DNA of 36,764 nucleotides from Candidatus Daviesbacteria bacterium (GTDB lineage Bacteria; Patescibacteriota; Microgenomatia; Daviesbacterales; UBA10151): NCBI GenBank assembly GCA_030646805.1, contig JAUSKZ010000001.1, positions 1 to 36,764 of the forward strand, read 5' to 3'. Shown piece by piece: positions 25,985 to 34,826 of this stretch (position 1 is its first letter; each line of letters starts with the position of its first letter). The notes under the pieces were generated by a model. It saw only the letters and a program-made list of their open reading frames with translations, ran no database searches and was not told where the DNA came from. The position numbers and the translations under genes were made by a program.

Positions 25985-26471
25985 TTTTGAGTAACCCTTT
26001 CACAATGCCCTCTGCCTTGAAAACTTTAAGTCGGGCCGAGAAGATTTCCGATTTAAATAAACCGATGGTCGAGGAAGCGTCACTTTTAAAATTTTGTTCG
26101 CCTGTGACTCTTGGAATATAAGTTTTGGCAGCCTGATATGCCACTGCTTCATGGGCAAAGGTTATCCAATACCGGGCATCCTCTATTTGACTTTTATACT
26201 TGCCTTCAGCTCTCACCTCGAATTCATCTAAAATCAGGGCTTGGACCACCATTGCATAATCAAGCTCAGCGGTTAATTTCCTATTTAGGTTCAAAATATC
26301 TTTTTGGAGATTATCCAACTTCATCTTACTCGCATCCGTATAGCTCTCAGTGGATTTTTGATAACTTTCTTTTTGGGCTACTACAATATCCTCCGGAGTA
26401 ACCCTTCCTTCGGCTACCGGGGCAAAACCTAAAAAAATAATTAACCAAATAAGAAATGTAAACTTAATCAT
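25974..26471 (-). CDS. hypothetical secreted helical protein
   Basis: Signal peptide; start overlaps the comM stop. Confidence 0.72.
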   Translation of the reverse strand: MIKFTFLIWLIIFLGFAPVAEGRVTPEDIVVAQKESYQKSTESYTDASKMKLDNLQKDILNLNRKLTAELDYAMVVQALILDEFEVRAEGKYKSQIEDARYWITFAHEAVAYQAAKTYIPRVTGEQNFKSDASSTIGLFKSEIFSARLKVFKAEGIVKGLLKNEF

Positions 26472-27984
26472 AGGTATCCTGAAAACGATAAGTTAAGCTC
26501 TCGCTTAAATGATCCAGTCCTATCTCCTCACTTCCGCCTAAATCGGCAATGGTTCGGGAAAGTTTTAAAATTCGGTGGTAGCTCCTGGCTGATAACCTCA
26601 TTTTAGTAATCGCCGCCTTAAGTAGCAAGACACCCTCTGGGTCTAAACTGCAAAACTTTTTAATTTGTGAATTACTCATCTCTGAATTGGTAAAAATCTC
26701 TGTTCCTTTAAATCTCTCCTGTTGAATTTTTCGAGCCATTTTAACCCTCGACCTAATAGATTTTGAATCTTCACCTTCAATATTACTGGTTAACTTATCA
26801 ACCTCCACCGCCGGCACCTCAAGGTGTATATCCATCCGGTCCAAAAGTGGCCCGGAGACTCGCTTTTTATAACGTAATATTTGTCCTGGCATACAAATAC
26901 AATTTCTATTTAGAGAGCCCAAAAAACCACAAGGACACGGATTTTGGGCTGCCAGTAATATAAATTGACATGGAAATTTTAAAGTTCCCGAGGCCCTTGA
27001 GATCGAAATTACCCGATCTTCCAAAGGCTGACGAAGTGATTCTAAAACCTCCCGCCCGAACTCTGGAAACTCATCCAAAAATAATACTCCTCGGTGAGCC
27101 AGGGTTACCTCACCAGGCCGAATTGTGTTCCCACCACCAATAATACCAACATACGAAGCGGTATGATGCGGGGAACGAAACGGTCTTCTAGTAATGGCTG
27201 AAAGACCGCCTGATAAAAAACCTGAGAGTGAATATATTTTAGTTACCTCCAATACTTCCTCTTCGGTTAGAGGAGGTAAGATGGAAGGAAAACAGCGGGC
27301 CAACAGAGTTTTTCCGGCTCCTGGAGGACCTTTTAAAATAACATTGTGGCCTCCTGAAGCAGCGATTTCCAAAGCCCGTTTGGCTTGTTCTTGACCTTTG
27401 ATATCTTTAAAATCGTATTCATACTCTACATCATCAACCTCAAGCTCCGTCTGAGGTTCGGGAGTTACAAGCTCAAGTCCCATTAAAAATTTTACAGTTT
27501 GAGCTAAATTACTAAAACCATAGACTTCAATTCCACTAACCATCGCAGCCTCAGTAACATTTTGGATTGGCAGAAAAATTCTTTTTAAAGACAAGTCTCT
27601 TGCTAAGATTGCGTGTATCAGCACCCCTGAAACCGGCCTTAAGGTTCCATCTAAAGATAGCTCTCCGATCACCAGCGTGTCTTCTAAGTTGGCCTCAATT
27701 TGGCCAGTAGCTTTTAAAAGCCCGAGAGCGATGGCAAGATCAAACGAAGAGCTGTCTTTTGGTAAATCAGCCGGCGCTAAATTGACAGTGATCCTTTTGG
27801 AAGGAAAATCTGCCCCTGAGTTTCTAATGGCTGACCTGACCCGTTCTTTGGATTCCTCAACAGCCCGATCTCCCAAGCCCACTAAGGTAAAAGAAGGTAA
27901 ACCTTGAGAGGCGATATCAACCTCAACATCAATCGGGATTGAGTTTAACCCTAAAATCGCCCCCGAGGTCAACTTTGTAAACAT
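26464..27984 (-). CDS. comM: YifB/ComM Mg-chelatase-like AAA+ ATPase
   Basis: ITVNLAPADLPK, GELSLDG, GPPGAGKT, PFRSPHH, LAHRGVLFLDE, NPCPCG, SGPLLDRMD. Confidence 0.95.
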   Translation of the reverse strand: MFTKLTSGAILGLNSIPIDVEVDIASQGLPSFTLVGLGDRAVEESKERVRSAIRNSGADFPSKRITVNLAPADLPKDSSSFDLAIALGLLKATGQIEANLEDTLVIGELSLDGTLRPVSGVLIHAILARDLSLKRIFLPIQNVTEAAMVSGIEVYGFSNLAQTVKFLMGLELVTPEPQTELEVDDVEYEYDFKDIKGQEQAKRALEIAASGGHNVILKGPPGAGKTLLARCFPSILPPLTEEEVLEVTKIYSLSGFLSGGLSAITRRPFRSPHHTASYVGIIGGGNTIRPGEVTLAHRGVLFLDEFPEFGREVLESLRQPLEDRVISISRASGTLKFPCQFILLAAQNPCPCGFLGSLNRNCICMPGQILRYKKRVSGPLLDRMDIHLEVPAVEVDKLTSNIEGEDSKSIRSRVKMARKIQQERFKGTEIFTNSEMSNSQIKKFCSLDPEGVLLLKAAITKMRLSARSYHRILKLSRTIADLGGSEEIGLDHLSESLTYRFQDTYD

Positions 27985-28008
27985 TTAATAAAGTATATAA
28001 CAAAAAAA

Positions 28009-28377
28009 CTAAAGAGGACTTGAATATTTATCAACAGTTTTGAGCAGATCGTCCATCTCAAAGGGTTTCGAGAGAAAACCTTGGGCCCCAATCTCAGCAG
28101 CCATTTTTTTTGTTTCATTTAATGCAGATATAATAATGATTGGAATACCTTTTGAGCTATCGCTTTTTTTTAGAACTTTGGTGATCTCTCTTCCGTCAAT
28201 TCCCGGCATCCAGATATCCAAAAGTATTAGATCGGGTTGAAAACTAGCCACCTGTTTTTGAATAGACTTGCCGTTACTTAAAACCTTAACTTGGTAGCTT
28301 TTGGTTTCCAACATTATTTTAATAACCTCGAGGATTCCTTGATCGTCGTCACAAATTAGTATTTTTCGTTTTTTCAT
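28009..28377 (-). CDS. single-domain response regulator (CheY-like)
   Basis: MKKRKILICDDD, LLDIWMP, IIISA, KPF; start at ATG 28377, since the longer ORF overlaps the kinase. Confidence 0.92.
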   Translation of the reverse strand: MKKRKILICDDDQGILEVIKIMLETKSYQVKVLSNGKSIQKQVASFQPDLILLDIWMPGIDGREITKVLKKSDSSKGIPIIIISALNETKKMAAEIGAQGFLSKPFEMDDLLKTVDKYSSPL

Positions 28378-28387
28378 TTTAGTTTTT

Positions 28388-29494
28388 TTAAAAAGGGATG
28401 GTAAAGAAAAATTTTGAGCCACGGCCCTTCTCGCTCTCCATCCAGATTTTACCGTTGTGCCTCCTGATAATTTCGGCCGAGATATAAAGACCCAAGCCAA
28501 GCCCAGAGAAACTCTGTCGAATTGTGTTTTGAGCCTGAAAAAATCTTTCAAAGACATTGCTTCGATCTTTTTTTGAAATCCCGATCCCAAAATCCTCAAC
28601 CGTCACCAAAGCATCTTCCCCCCGACCTTTAAGTTGGACAACGATTTTATCTCCTTTTGGCGAGTATTTGATCGCATTTGATAATAAATTAACTAAAACC
28701 TGACCGATTTTATATTTATCAGCCAGAATTTCTTTGACAACCTTGCCTCTGATCATTATTTTGTGTTTCTCGGTCGTGTGCTGCATCTCTCCAACTACTT
28801 CGGTAACCAGTTGATTTAGGTTAAATTTTTTTCGTTCTAGCCTTAACTTACCTGACTCAATCTTTGAGACATCTAGAAGGTCAATCACCAGTTTATTCAA
28901 CCGATTAATTTGATCTTCCATCTTTAAAATATATTCAGAATAAACATCTTTCGAGTCACTCAAGTTTGTTTTTAGTATTTGGGTATAGCCTTTGATAACT
29001 GTGAGGGGAGTTTTTAACTCGTGAGAGGCCATACTAATAAATTCATCTTTTCTTCTTTCCAGCTCTTTCTTGGCAGTTATATCTTGGGTAAAACAACGAG
29101 TATGGACAAATTTACCATCCTCCCAGTAAACGTTAGAGCTTATTTGGACATACTTAATAGCGCCATCTTTAGCCCGAAGCCTTACTTCGTAATTACTTAA
29201 GGTTTTATCACTTTTTAAACGAGTCAGAATCTCTTTGATAACCTCTGGGTCGACATAAAATTCTGCCGTATTGTGGCCAATATATTCATCCCGACTATAT
29301 CCTAAAAGCTTGAGTTCAAATTTATTAGCCCAAATAATTGTCCCCTTAGCATCTACCCAATGAAGACCAATTGGAGCATTTTCAAAAAAATTAATTAACT
29401 CCTCTCCTTGGAAGTTAGGTTCCTTGCGATGTTGAACTTTAGAGGAGCCAAGAAAAAAATTTCTTGTTTCGTAATTTCTATATGTAGCAATCAC
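28388..29494 (-). CDS. cytoplasmic PAS-domain sensor histidine kinase
   Basis: PAS (FENAPIG..WAN..LLGY..DIT), SHELKTPLT, NLLSNAIKYS, DFGIGI, GLGLGL; start uncertain. Confidence 0.93.
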   Translation of the reverse strand: MIATYRNYETRNFFLGSSKVQHRKEPNFQGEELINFFENAPIGLHWVDAKGTIIWANKFELKLLGYSRDEYIGHNTAEFYVDPEVIKEILTRLKSDKTLSNYEVRLRAKDGAIKYVQISSNVYWEDGKFVHTRCFTQDITAKKELERRKDEFISMASHELKTPLTVIKGYTQILKTNLSDSKDVYSEYILKMEDQINRLNKLVIDLLDVSKIESGKLRLERKKFNLNQLVTEVVGEMQHTTEKHKIMIRGKVVKEILADKYKIGQVLVNLLSNAIKYSPKGDKIVVQLKGRGEDALVTVEDFGIGISKKDRSNVFERFFQAQNTIRQSFSGLGLGLYISAEIIRRHNGKIWMESEKGRGSKFFFTIPF

Positions 29495-29568
29495 CTAAAT
29501 TAACGTTAAGTGAGACTCTAAAGATTCAAGTAAGATAATCGCAAGAGAGATGTATGAGTAATATTTTT

Positions 29569-29654
29569 TGCCTAGGAAGCTTATAAGGACTTCGTCATTG
29601 CGACAGTTCCGGTCGATAAGTCGACCGGAATAACTATCTAAAGCCAGATTCTGT
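29569..29654 (-). repeat. copy A of rnpB 3' end interrupted by a 56-nt hairpin
   Basis: TGCCTAGGAAGCTTATAAG[56 nt, 29588-29643]CCAGATTCTGT versus intact TGCCTAGGAAGCGTGTAAGCCAGATTCTGT at 30598-30627. Confidence 0.85.
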
Positions 29655-29707
29655 AGCCACCACAAACCTGGTATGGGTATAATACTTTATCAACATTAGA
29701 GACAATC

Positions 29708-29748
29708 TTGACAGGCATGTATGACTTACGTACAATACTTATACATGC
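29708..29748 (+). promoter_or_regulatory. TA operon promoter with overlapping inverted-repeat operator
   Basis: TTGACA (29708-29713), 17 nt, TACAAT (29731-29736); GCATGTAT (29715-29722) / ATACATGC (29741-29748). Confidence 0.75.
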
Positions 29749-29990
29749 AAACATTAAATATTTCTCTACCCACAGAGTTGGTTAAAAGAGTCGATCTCCA
29801 AGCTAAGAAAGAATACAAAAACCGTTCTGAGTTGATGAGAGAGGCTTTAAGACTTTATCTAGTAGATCAAGACGAATGGATGGAGATTTTTAAATCAGGA
29901 GAAGAAGCCATGAAGAAGATGGGCATCAGGAGCGAAGGGGACATTAATGATATAGTTTATGAATTTAGGCACGGCAAAAAGGTCCGCTAG
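29745..29990 (+). CDS. ribbon-helix-helix (CopG/NikR-like) antitoxin
   Basis: MQTLNISLP..LVKRVD..A...NRSELMREALR; ATG at 29745 lies downstream of the promoter whereas 29721 lies inside it. Confidence 0.88.
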   Translation: MQTLNISLPTELVKRVDLQAKKEYKNRSELMREALRLYLVDQDEWMEIFKSGEEAMKKMGIRSEGDINDIVYEFRHGKKVR

Positions 29991-30513
29991 AGTAGTCATT
30001 GACACTAACGTCCTTATTTCCGCTTTAGGGTTTGGAGGCAAACCTCGAGAAATATTAATTCTGGCTACTCTTAGGAAAATCCAAGCGGTCACTTCAGCGG
30101 TACTTCTAGCAGAGCTACAGGAAGTAATTAATAAGAAATTTCCTATATTAGAGCCAAAACTCGACTTAATAGTCAAAAAAATAACCAGGAAGTTTATTCT
30201 CGTCCACCCAAAAACAATTTTAAAGGTGCTGAGAGACGAAGACGATAACAGAGTTTTAGAAGCCTCTTTAACAGGCAAGTGTGACTATATCATCACAGGA
30301 GATGAAGCTCCCGCGGGCTTACGCCCGGGGTATCTTCTCCCCTCAGCTCAATGGGAGCGGAATCCTTCCGAAGCGGAAAACTTTTCGCATTCATCCATGG
30401 GCTTACGCCCAGGGTTTTCTGCGAAGGGGGATAAAGATCTTTTGGATTTAGCCACTTTCAAAGGTATTAAAATCCTTACTCCTAAACAGTTTTTAGAAGA
30501 ATTTTGTGCCTAG
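29959..30513 (+). CDS. PIN-family toxin (PIN_3 type) carrying a 43-aa insertion
   Basis: VVIDTNVLISA, RDEDDNRVLE, YIITGD[insert]KDLL, ILTPKQF; start uncertain. Confidence 0.9.
   Translation: MNLGTAKRSARVVIDTNVLISALGFGGKPREILILATLRKIQAVTSAVLLAELQEVINKKFPILEPKLDLIVKKITRKFILVHPKTILKVLRDEDDNRVLEASLTGKCDYIITGDEAPAGLRPGYLLPSAQWERNPSEAENFSHSSMGLRPGFSAKGDKDLLDLATFKGIKILTPKQFLEEFCA
30304..30432 (+). mobile_element. 129-bp non-autonomous hairpin element (IS200/IS605-end-like or REP-like MITE)
   Basis: Two subterminal GGGC-TTAC-GCCC hairpins (30315-30326, 30399-30410), GAT at both junctions, GC-rich, splits the TGD/KDLL motif. Confidence 0.75.
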
Positions 30514-30588
30514 GAAGCGTGTAAGGACTTCGTCCTTGCGATAGTTCCGATCGATAAATCGATCGTAGTAACTATCTAAAGCCAGATT
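30506..30588 (-). repeat. copy B of rnpB 3' end interrupted by a 56-nt hairpin
   Basis: GTGCCTAGGAAGCGTGTAAG (identical to 30597-30616)[56 nt, 30526-30581]CCAGATT. Confidence 0.87.
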
Positions 30589-30597
30589 ATTGTGGAG

Positions 30598-30996
30598 TGC
30601 CTAGGAAGCGTGTAAGCCAGATTCTGTTACTCTTCCAGATTATCTCCATAAACTGAAAGATTGATGAAATCTATCTTCAATATGATTTTTAAAGTCACAC
30701 TGACCAGGTTTTAACTGGTGCTCCTGATTTGAGTTATTGGCCGAGCAAACCAACTCAATCTAGGATTGCAGCGGGGAGGATTGCCTCCCACTTCGCCCTT
30801 ATGGGCTCCGCGGGACCTACTTTCTTGCGATTTCGGCGTTTCACTCCTTCGATTACTCTCAGGATTCGTCACTGTTACTCTAACTGGGTCTTACGACCTC
30901 CGGCTTACACCGGACACCCTGCTCTATGCTGTCTGGACTTTCCTCCCTGAAGTTAAGCTTGCGCATACTTCAGGGTATCATCCGACTTCCTAGGCA
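30598..30996 (-). ncRNA. rnpB: RNase P RNA
   Basis: P1 TGCCTAGGAAG/CTTCCTAGGCA, P3 CCCTGAAGT/ACTTCAGGG, GAGGAAAGTCC, GTGAAAC, GGCAATCCT...GCAA, AGATAGAT, ACAGAATCTGGCTTA; TAAAAT box just upstream. Confidence 0.95.
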
Positions 30997-31032
30997 AGTG
31001 TATTTTACCGCATAGAGTAATCTGAAGCAAAT

Positions 31033-32010
31033 TTAAGCCGGACTAGAAGTTGATCCCTCAAGTAGTCCCTCAGCGATAACTTGGATAACTACCGCAATCG
31101 GGACCGCCAAAAGCGCACCTGGAATACCCAATAACCTTCCACCAATACTGACAGATAAAATAACCAGGATCGGATTTAACCCAACCGCCCTTTTCATCAC
31201 CTGAGGAACAATCACCTGGTTTTCTACTTGTTGGACAACTAAGTAAAATCCGGCAACTAGTGCTGCGAGAAGTGGGGAGACAGACAATCCGAGTAGAACT
31301 GCGGGGACTGAAGCTATAATTGGTCCAATCACCGGAACAATCTCAAACAAGCCAGCCAGAATTGCTAGAGGTAGAGCATACTTAATCCCCAAAAGAGTTA
31401 ACCCCACATAAACTACCACCCCAATTATTAAAGAGAGGAGAAGTTGACCCCGTAACCAAGCTCCCAACTTTTCTTGAATTCTGTCAAATAAATTTTTGAC
31501 TATATCTTGGTGACCCACAAAAAAGGATATCACTACCCCTTCCAGTCTCGCTTTATCCAAAAGAAGATAAAAAGTGATCACGATCAAGGTTGCAAAGGCG
31601 ATGATATTTTGAAAAATTACCAAAGTAATACTGATTGCTTGTTTGGAAAAGTTGGAGAGCTCATTTTGAATTGTGTTTTGGTCAACCAAATTTGCCCGGA
31701 CTAAAGAGTTAACTGTTTGGCCTAACGCCTGAGATAGATTAGTAGTTTGATTTAATATTGGAGTAAAGCTAATCGTTAAAAGTCCAATTATTAAAGCTGC
31801 GACTCCGATTAAAATTGCGGCAGCAGCTAAAGATCTAGGAATTCTCCATCCCACTAAGCGGTTGACTAAAGGATCTAGAGCCGAGACAAAGATGAAAGCT
31901 ACAAAAAGCAAAAGAATAATATCTAGAATTAAATAGACAACCCAAAGAAGAAGTAGGAAGGCAGTAATAAAAAATATTGTTTTATGGGAGACGTCGACTT
32001 TACGGATCAC
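31033..32010 (-). CDS. AI-2E family transporter
   Basis: Multi-TM; WLRGQL, EIVPVIGP, QQVENQVIVPQVM, GALLAVP. Confidence 0.93.
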   Translation of the reverse strand: MIRKVDVSHKTIFFITAFLLLLWVVYLILDIILLLFVAFIFVSALDPLVNRLVGWRIPRSLAAAAILIGVAALIIGLLTISFTPILNQTTNLSQALGQTVNSLVRANLVDQNTIQNELSNFSKQAISITLVIFQNIIAFATLIVITFYLLLDKARLEGVVISFFVGHQDIVKNLFDRIQEKLGAWLRGQLLLSLIIGVVVYVGLTLLGIKYALPLAILAGLFEIVPVIGPIIASVPAVLLGLSVSPLLAALVAGFYLVVQQVENQVIVPQVMKRAVGLNPILVILSVSIGGRLLGIPGALLAVPIAVVIQVIAEGLLEGSTSSPA

Positions 32011-32013
32011 CAG

Positions 32014-32961
32014 TTAATGATACCACGAACTGACCATATTTTCTAATTTAATTTGGTAATCTTGGCTTGTGATATCAAACCAAATGATCTCTTGATCCTT
32101 TTTAAACCAGGTCATTTGGCGTTTGGCAAATTGGTGGATTTTAATTTTTAATATATCTACGGCAACTTTCTCAGAAATTTTTTGTGTCACCACATCAATT
32201 AAAACTCCATACTCCAAACCTAAACTCTTCAGCCGATCTTCCGATAACCCATTTTTATATAACCCCTCTACCTCTTTTAATAATCCTACGTTTAATCTAG
32301 CGTCCAAACGATCATCAATTCGGGAGTTTAAAACTGGTCGGGGAACCGTTAGTCCAATCTTTAAAATATCATAGCTTGGAGGCTTGGAATTTGGGCTACT
32401 AGACTTGTCTTTGTATGGATTCATAGTTAATATTTCAAGATGGCGGATAAGCCTTCTTTTATTATGTCTCTCTGAGTTATTTAAGTCCCGCCACTTTTTT
32501 GGATAACTATTTTTTAATTTTTCTTGTAATTTTACTAAGGAGAAGCGCTCATATCTTTTTCTGGCTGATTTATCTATGGGTAAATCAAGATAATCTAACC
32601 CTTCGGTTAAAGCTTTAAAATAAAGACCCGTCCCTCCAACAACGATTGGGAGCTTATCTCGAAGAATTATCTCCTCTATTACTTTTGAGGCCTTATCAAT
32701 ATAATCCTTGACTGAATATTGAATCTTTGGATCGGCCACATCTAACATCCAAATATCTATTCCGTCTATTTCCCACTTTGAATTTTTAATTTTGAACTTT
32801 GAACTTATATTTGGCATCTTACCACTGCCAATATCTAACCCCTTGTAGACTTGTCTTGAGTCACAAGAGACAATCTCGCCGTTATATTTCTGGGCTAAAT
32901 AAATTCCAAAATCAGTTTTTCCAGTCGCAGTTGGGCCCAATATGGCTAGTATTTTTTGCAT
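32014..32961 (-). CDS. miaA: tRNA dimethylallyltransferase
   Basis: GPTATGKT, DSRQVYKGLDIGSGK, VGGTGLY, FAKRQMTWF. Confidence 0.96.
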   Translation of the reverse strand: MQKILAILGPTATGKTDFGIYLAQKYNGEIVSCDSRQVYKGLDIGSGKMPNISSKFKIKNSKWEIDGIDIWMLDVADPKIQYSVKDYIDKASKVIEEIILRDKLPIVVGGTGLYFKALTEGLDYLDLPIDKSARKRYERFSLVKLQEKLKNSYPKKWRDLNNSERHNKRRLIRHLEILTMNPYKDKSSSPNSKPPSYDILKIGLTVPRPVLNSRIDDRLDARLNVGLLKEVEGLYKNGLSEDRLKSLGLEYGVLIDVVTQKISEKVAVDILKIKIHQFAKRQMTWFKKDQEIIWFDITSQDYQIKLENMVSSWYH

Positions 32962-32969
32962 CTTCTAGA

Positions 32970-33746
32970 TTACCCTCCGGCGCTTTGGTAATGCTTTAAG
33001 GAATATCCCCAAAATCTCAACGACAGGTAAAACAGTGTCAAAGATAAAAGTATCGATATTAAAATATACTCTGGGGATAAAAGACCCATTAAAACCTTGG
33101 CCGGAAAAGTCATCATTACACCTAAAGGTATAACAAAAGTTAAGATAGCCCGGATAGGTTGAATATATAAATCAACCGGTATCCTTCCAAGTGATACAAG
33201 ATCCCGGTAAACCATAATCATGTGATCAACTGTGGTGCTAATTATCCCCATCCCTAAAACAAAAATATGAAATGAGGCAGCAATTAACAGACTATTGAGG
33301 ATCAGAACTAAGTAAAGCAACCAGTTTAAAAAGGTTGGGTCGGTTTTTAAGCCATACCAAATTGTAGTTGACAGTATGAGGCCCAAGATAAAAAGATCCA
33401 TCAAATCAGATCCACCGAGGAGCGTTCTAATTAAGGGATTAATTGGTTTAATTAAAACAAAATCAAGTCTTCCAGATAAAATAAGTTCTCTGAATCTATA
33501 AACTTCCCGGAATATAGTTTGAGAAAGTGAATCGACTAAATTAAATGATAGATAGAAAAATATTATCTGGTCTTTCGAGTATCCGGCTAAATTATCTGTG
33601 CCTTGAAAAAGAAAGTGGAGGAACAGTAAAAATAGAGAGATCCTGAGTAATTTAGCAATTAAAAAGAGTCCCATTAAAAATTTATTAGTTAAAACTTGTT
33701 GAAATGTATTAGTTGTTAATTTTAACCAAACTCTAAATTCTTTCAC
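32970..33746 (-). CDS. ABC-2 family permease (DUF990-like)
   Basis: Six TM; GRLDFVLIKPIN, RIPVDLY, YQSAGG end. Confidence 0.88.
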   Translation of the reverse strand: MKEFRVWLKLTTNTFQQVLTNKFLMGLFLIAKLLRISLFLLFLHFLFQGTDNLAGYSKDQIIFFYLSFNLVDSLSQTIFREVYRFRELILSGRLDFVLIKPINPLIRTLLGGSDLMDLFILGLILSTTIWYGLKTDPTFLNWLLYLVLILNSLLIAASFHIFVLGMGIISTTVDHMIMVYRDLVSLGRIPVDLYIQPIRAILTFVIPLGVMMTFPAKVLMGLLSPEYILISILLSLTLFYLSLRFWGYSLKHYQSAGG

Positions 33747-33747
33747 A

Positions 33748-34545
33748 TCATCTCCCTGCCGAAGTATAAGTTCGTAATCCCTTTTTCCACAAAATTATAT
33801 TTAATAGGTAAATACCAATAACCCAGACAAAAGATTGGAGTAATACCGGTAATATTTGAAATGATTGAACTTTACCCGCAAAGATGGCGATCGGAAAATA
33901 AAGTAAATAGGGAAAAGGGGTAAATTGTAAAATTGTATAAAAAGTATCCGGCAAAATATCTAAAGGAAATAGGCCGCCCCCTAAACTTTCAATCAAAACA
34001 AATAATATAAAGGCCAATCCCCAAGTATCTTCCGGAGCCCAAAAAGCGATAAAGCGAGCGGTAGTACTTAAGAAAAAATAGGTTATCGTTGCAAGAATTG
34101 CGCTAATGAGAAATGCAAGAAAAGATAAAATATTAGGTGGTTGGATATCTGGCTTGAAAATTAAATATAAAACTGTTAGCTCTAAGACCACAAAAGAAAG
34201 GTTTAGGAGTTTACTTGATAAATCCCGGGTAAACCAAAATTTTAAATAACCCACCGGTTTTAATAAGTAATTACTTAGATCTCCACTGCCAATCTCAGAG
34301 CCAATATTATCTGCCGATGGGGCTGACATCACCATTGCCCGAACGAGTAGTGCAATAAAGATATAGGTTAAGATTTGATTTTGGGAATAACCAAAAATTT
34401 GAGTTTGGGTTAAAAATATCCCGGACCATAAAAAATAAACCATTAAAAACCCTAGGATATTGCGGACTCTCCAGAGGATAAAATTTATTCTATAAGTAAA
34501 CTCGTTTTGCCAAGAAAGTGAAAAGATTGTCCAATATTTTTGCAT
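33748..34545 (-). CDS. ABC-2 family permease (DUF990-like)
   Basis: Six TM; GDLSNYLLKPV, GGLFPLDILP, GLRTYTSAG. Confidence 0.88.
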   Translation of the reverse strand: MQKYWTIFSLSWQNEFTYRINFILWRVRNILGFLMVYFLWSGIFLTQTQIFGYSQNQILTYIFIALLVRAMVMSAPSADNIGSEIGSGDLSNYLLKPVGYLKFWFTRDLSSKLLNLSFVVLELTVLYLIFKPDIQPPNILSFLAFLISAILATITYFFLSTTARFIAFWAPEDTWGLAFILFVLIESLGGGLFPLDILPDTFYTILQFTPFPYLLYFPIAIFAGKVQSFQILPVLLQSFVWVIGIYLLNIILWKKGLRTYTSAGR

Positions 34546-34556
34546 TTAAATCCCCT

Positions 34557-34826
34557 TCACTTTTCACTTTTACCAAATACCCAAGGGGTTTTACTTTGAC
34601 CTGAAGATTCTTGGAAACCTACTCTTCCTACCAATTTCGAAACCCTGACTACCGTATCTGTTCCGACTTTAACCTGGCTTGCGATACTTCGGATAGTTAG
34701 TCCGCTTTGGAGGAGTTGTAAAATTCGCCAGCGATTTTTTAACATCCTCATCTCAGAAGGAGTTAAAAGATCTCTAATTACCTCAACTGGCAAACTGATA
34801 GGGCTATCTTCTAAGGGCTTCGACAT
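34557..34826 (-). CDS. TrpR/YerC-YecD-like HTH regulator
   Basis: DLLTPSE..ML..RW, TIRSIA....GTDTVVRVS; ATG at 34826 follows an internal promoter. Confidence 0.82.
   Translation of the reverse strand: MSKPLEDSPISLPVEVIRDLLTPSEMRMLKNRWRILQLLQSGLTIRSIASQVKVGTDTVVRVSKLVGRVGFQESSGQSKTPWVFGKSEK

Noticed and set aside
28378-28599. N-terminal extension of the CheY-like ORF
   Set aside because: It overlaps the kinase HATPase domain in another frame; the receiver fold starts at ATG 28377.
29569-30627. CRISPR array
   Set aside because: Only three copies with very unequal spacing; the repeat is the rnpB 3' end; no cas genes in the window.
30729-30993. ORFs 30729..30950 and 30766..30993
   Set aside because: They lie antisense to the RNase P RNA and are by-products of its GC-rich sequence.
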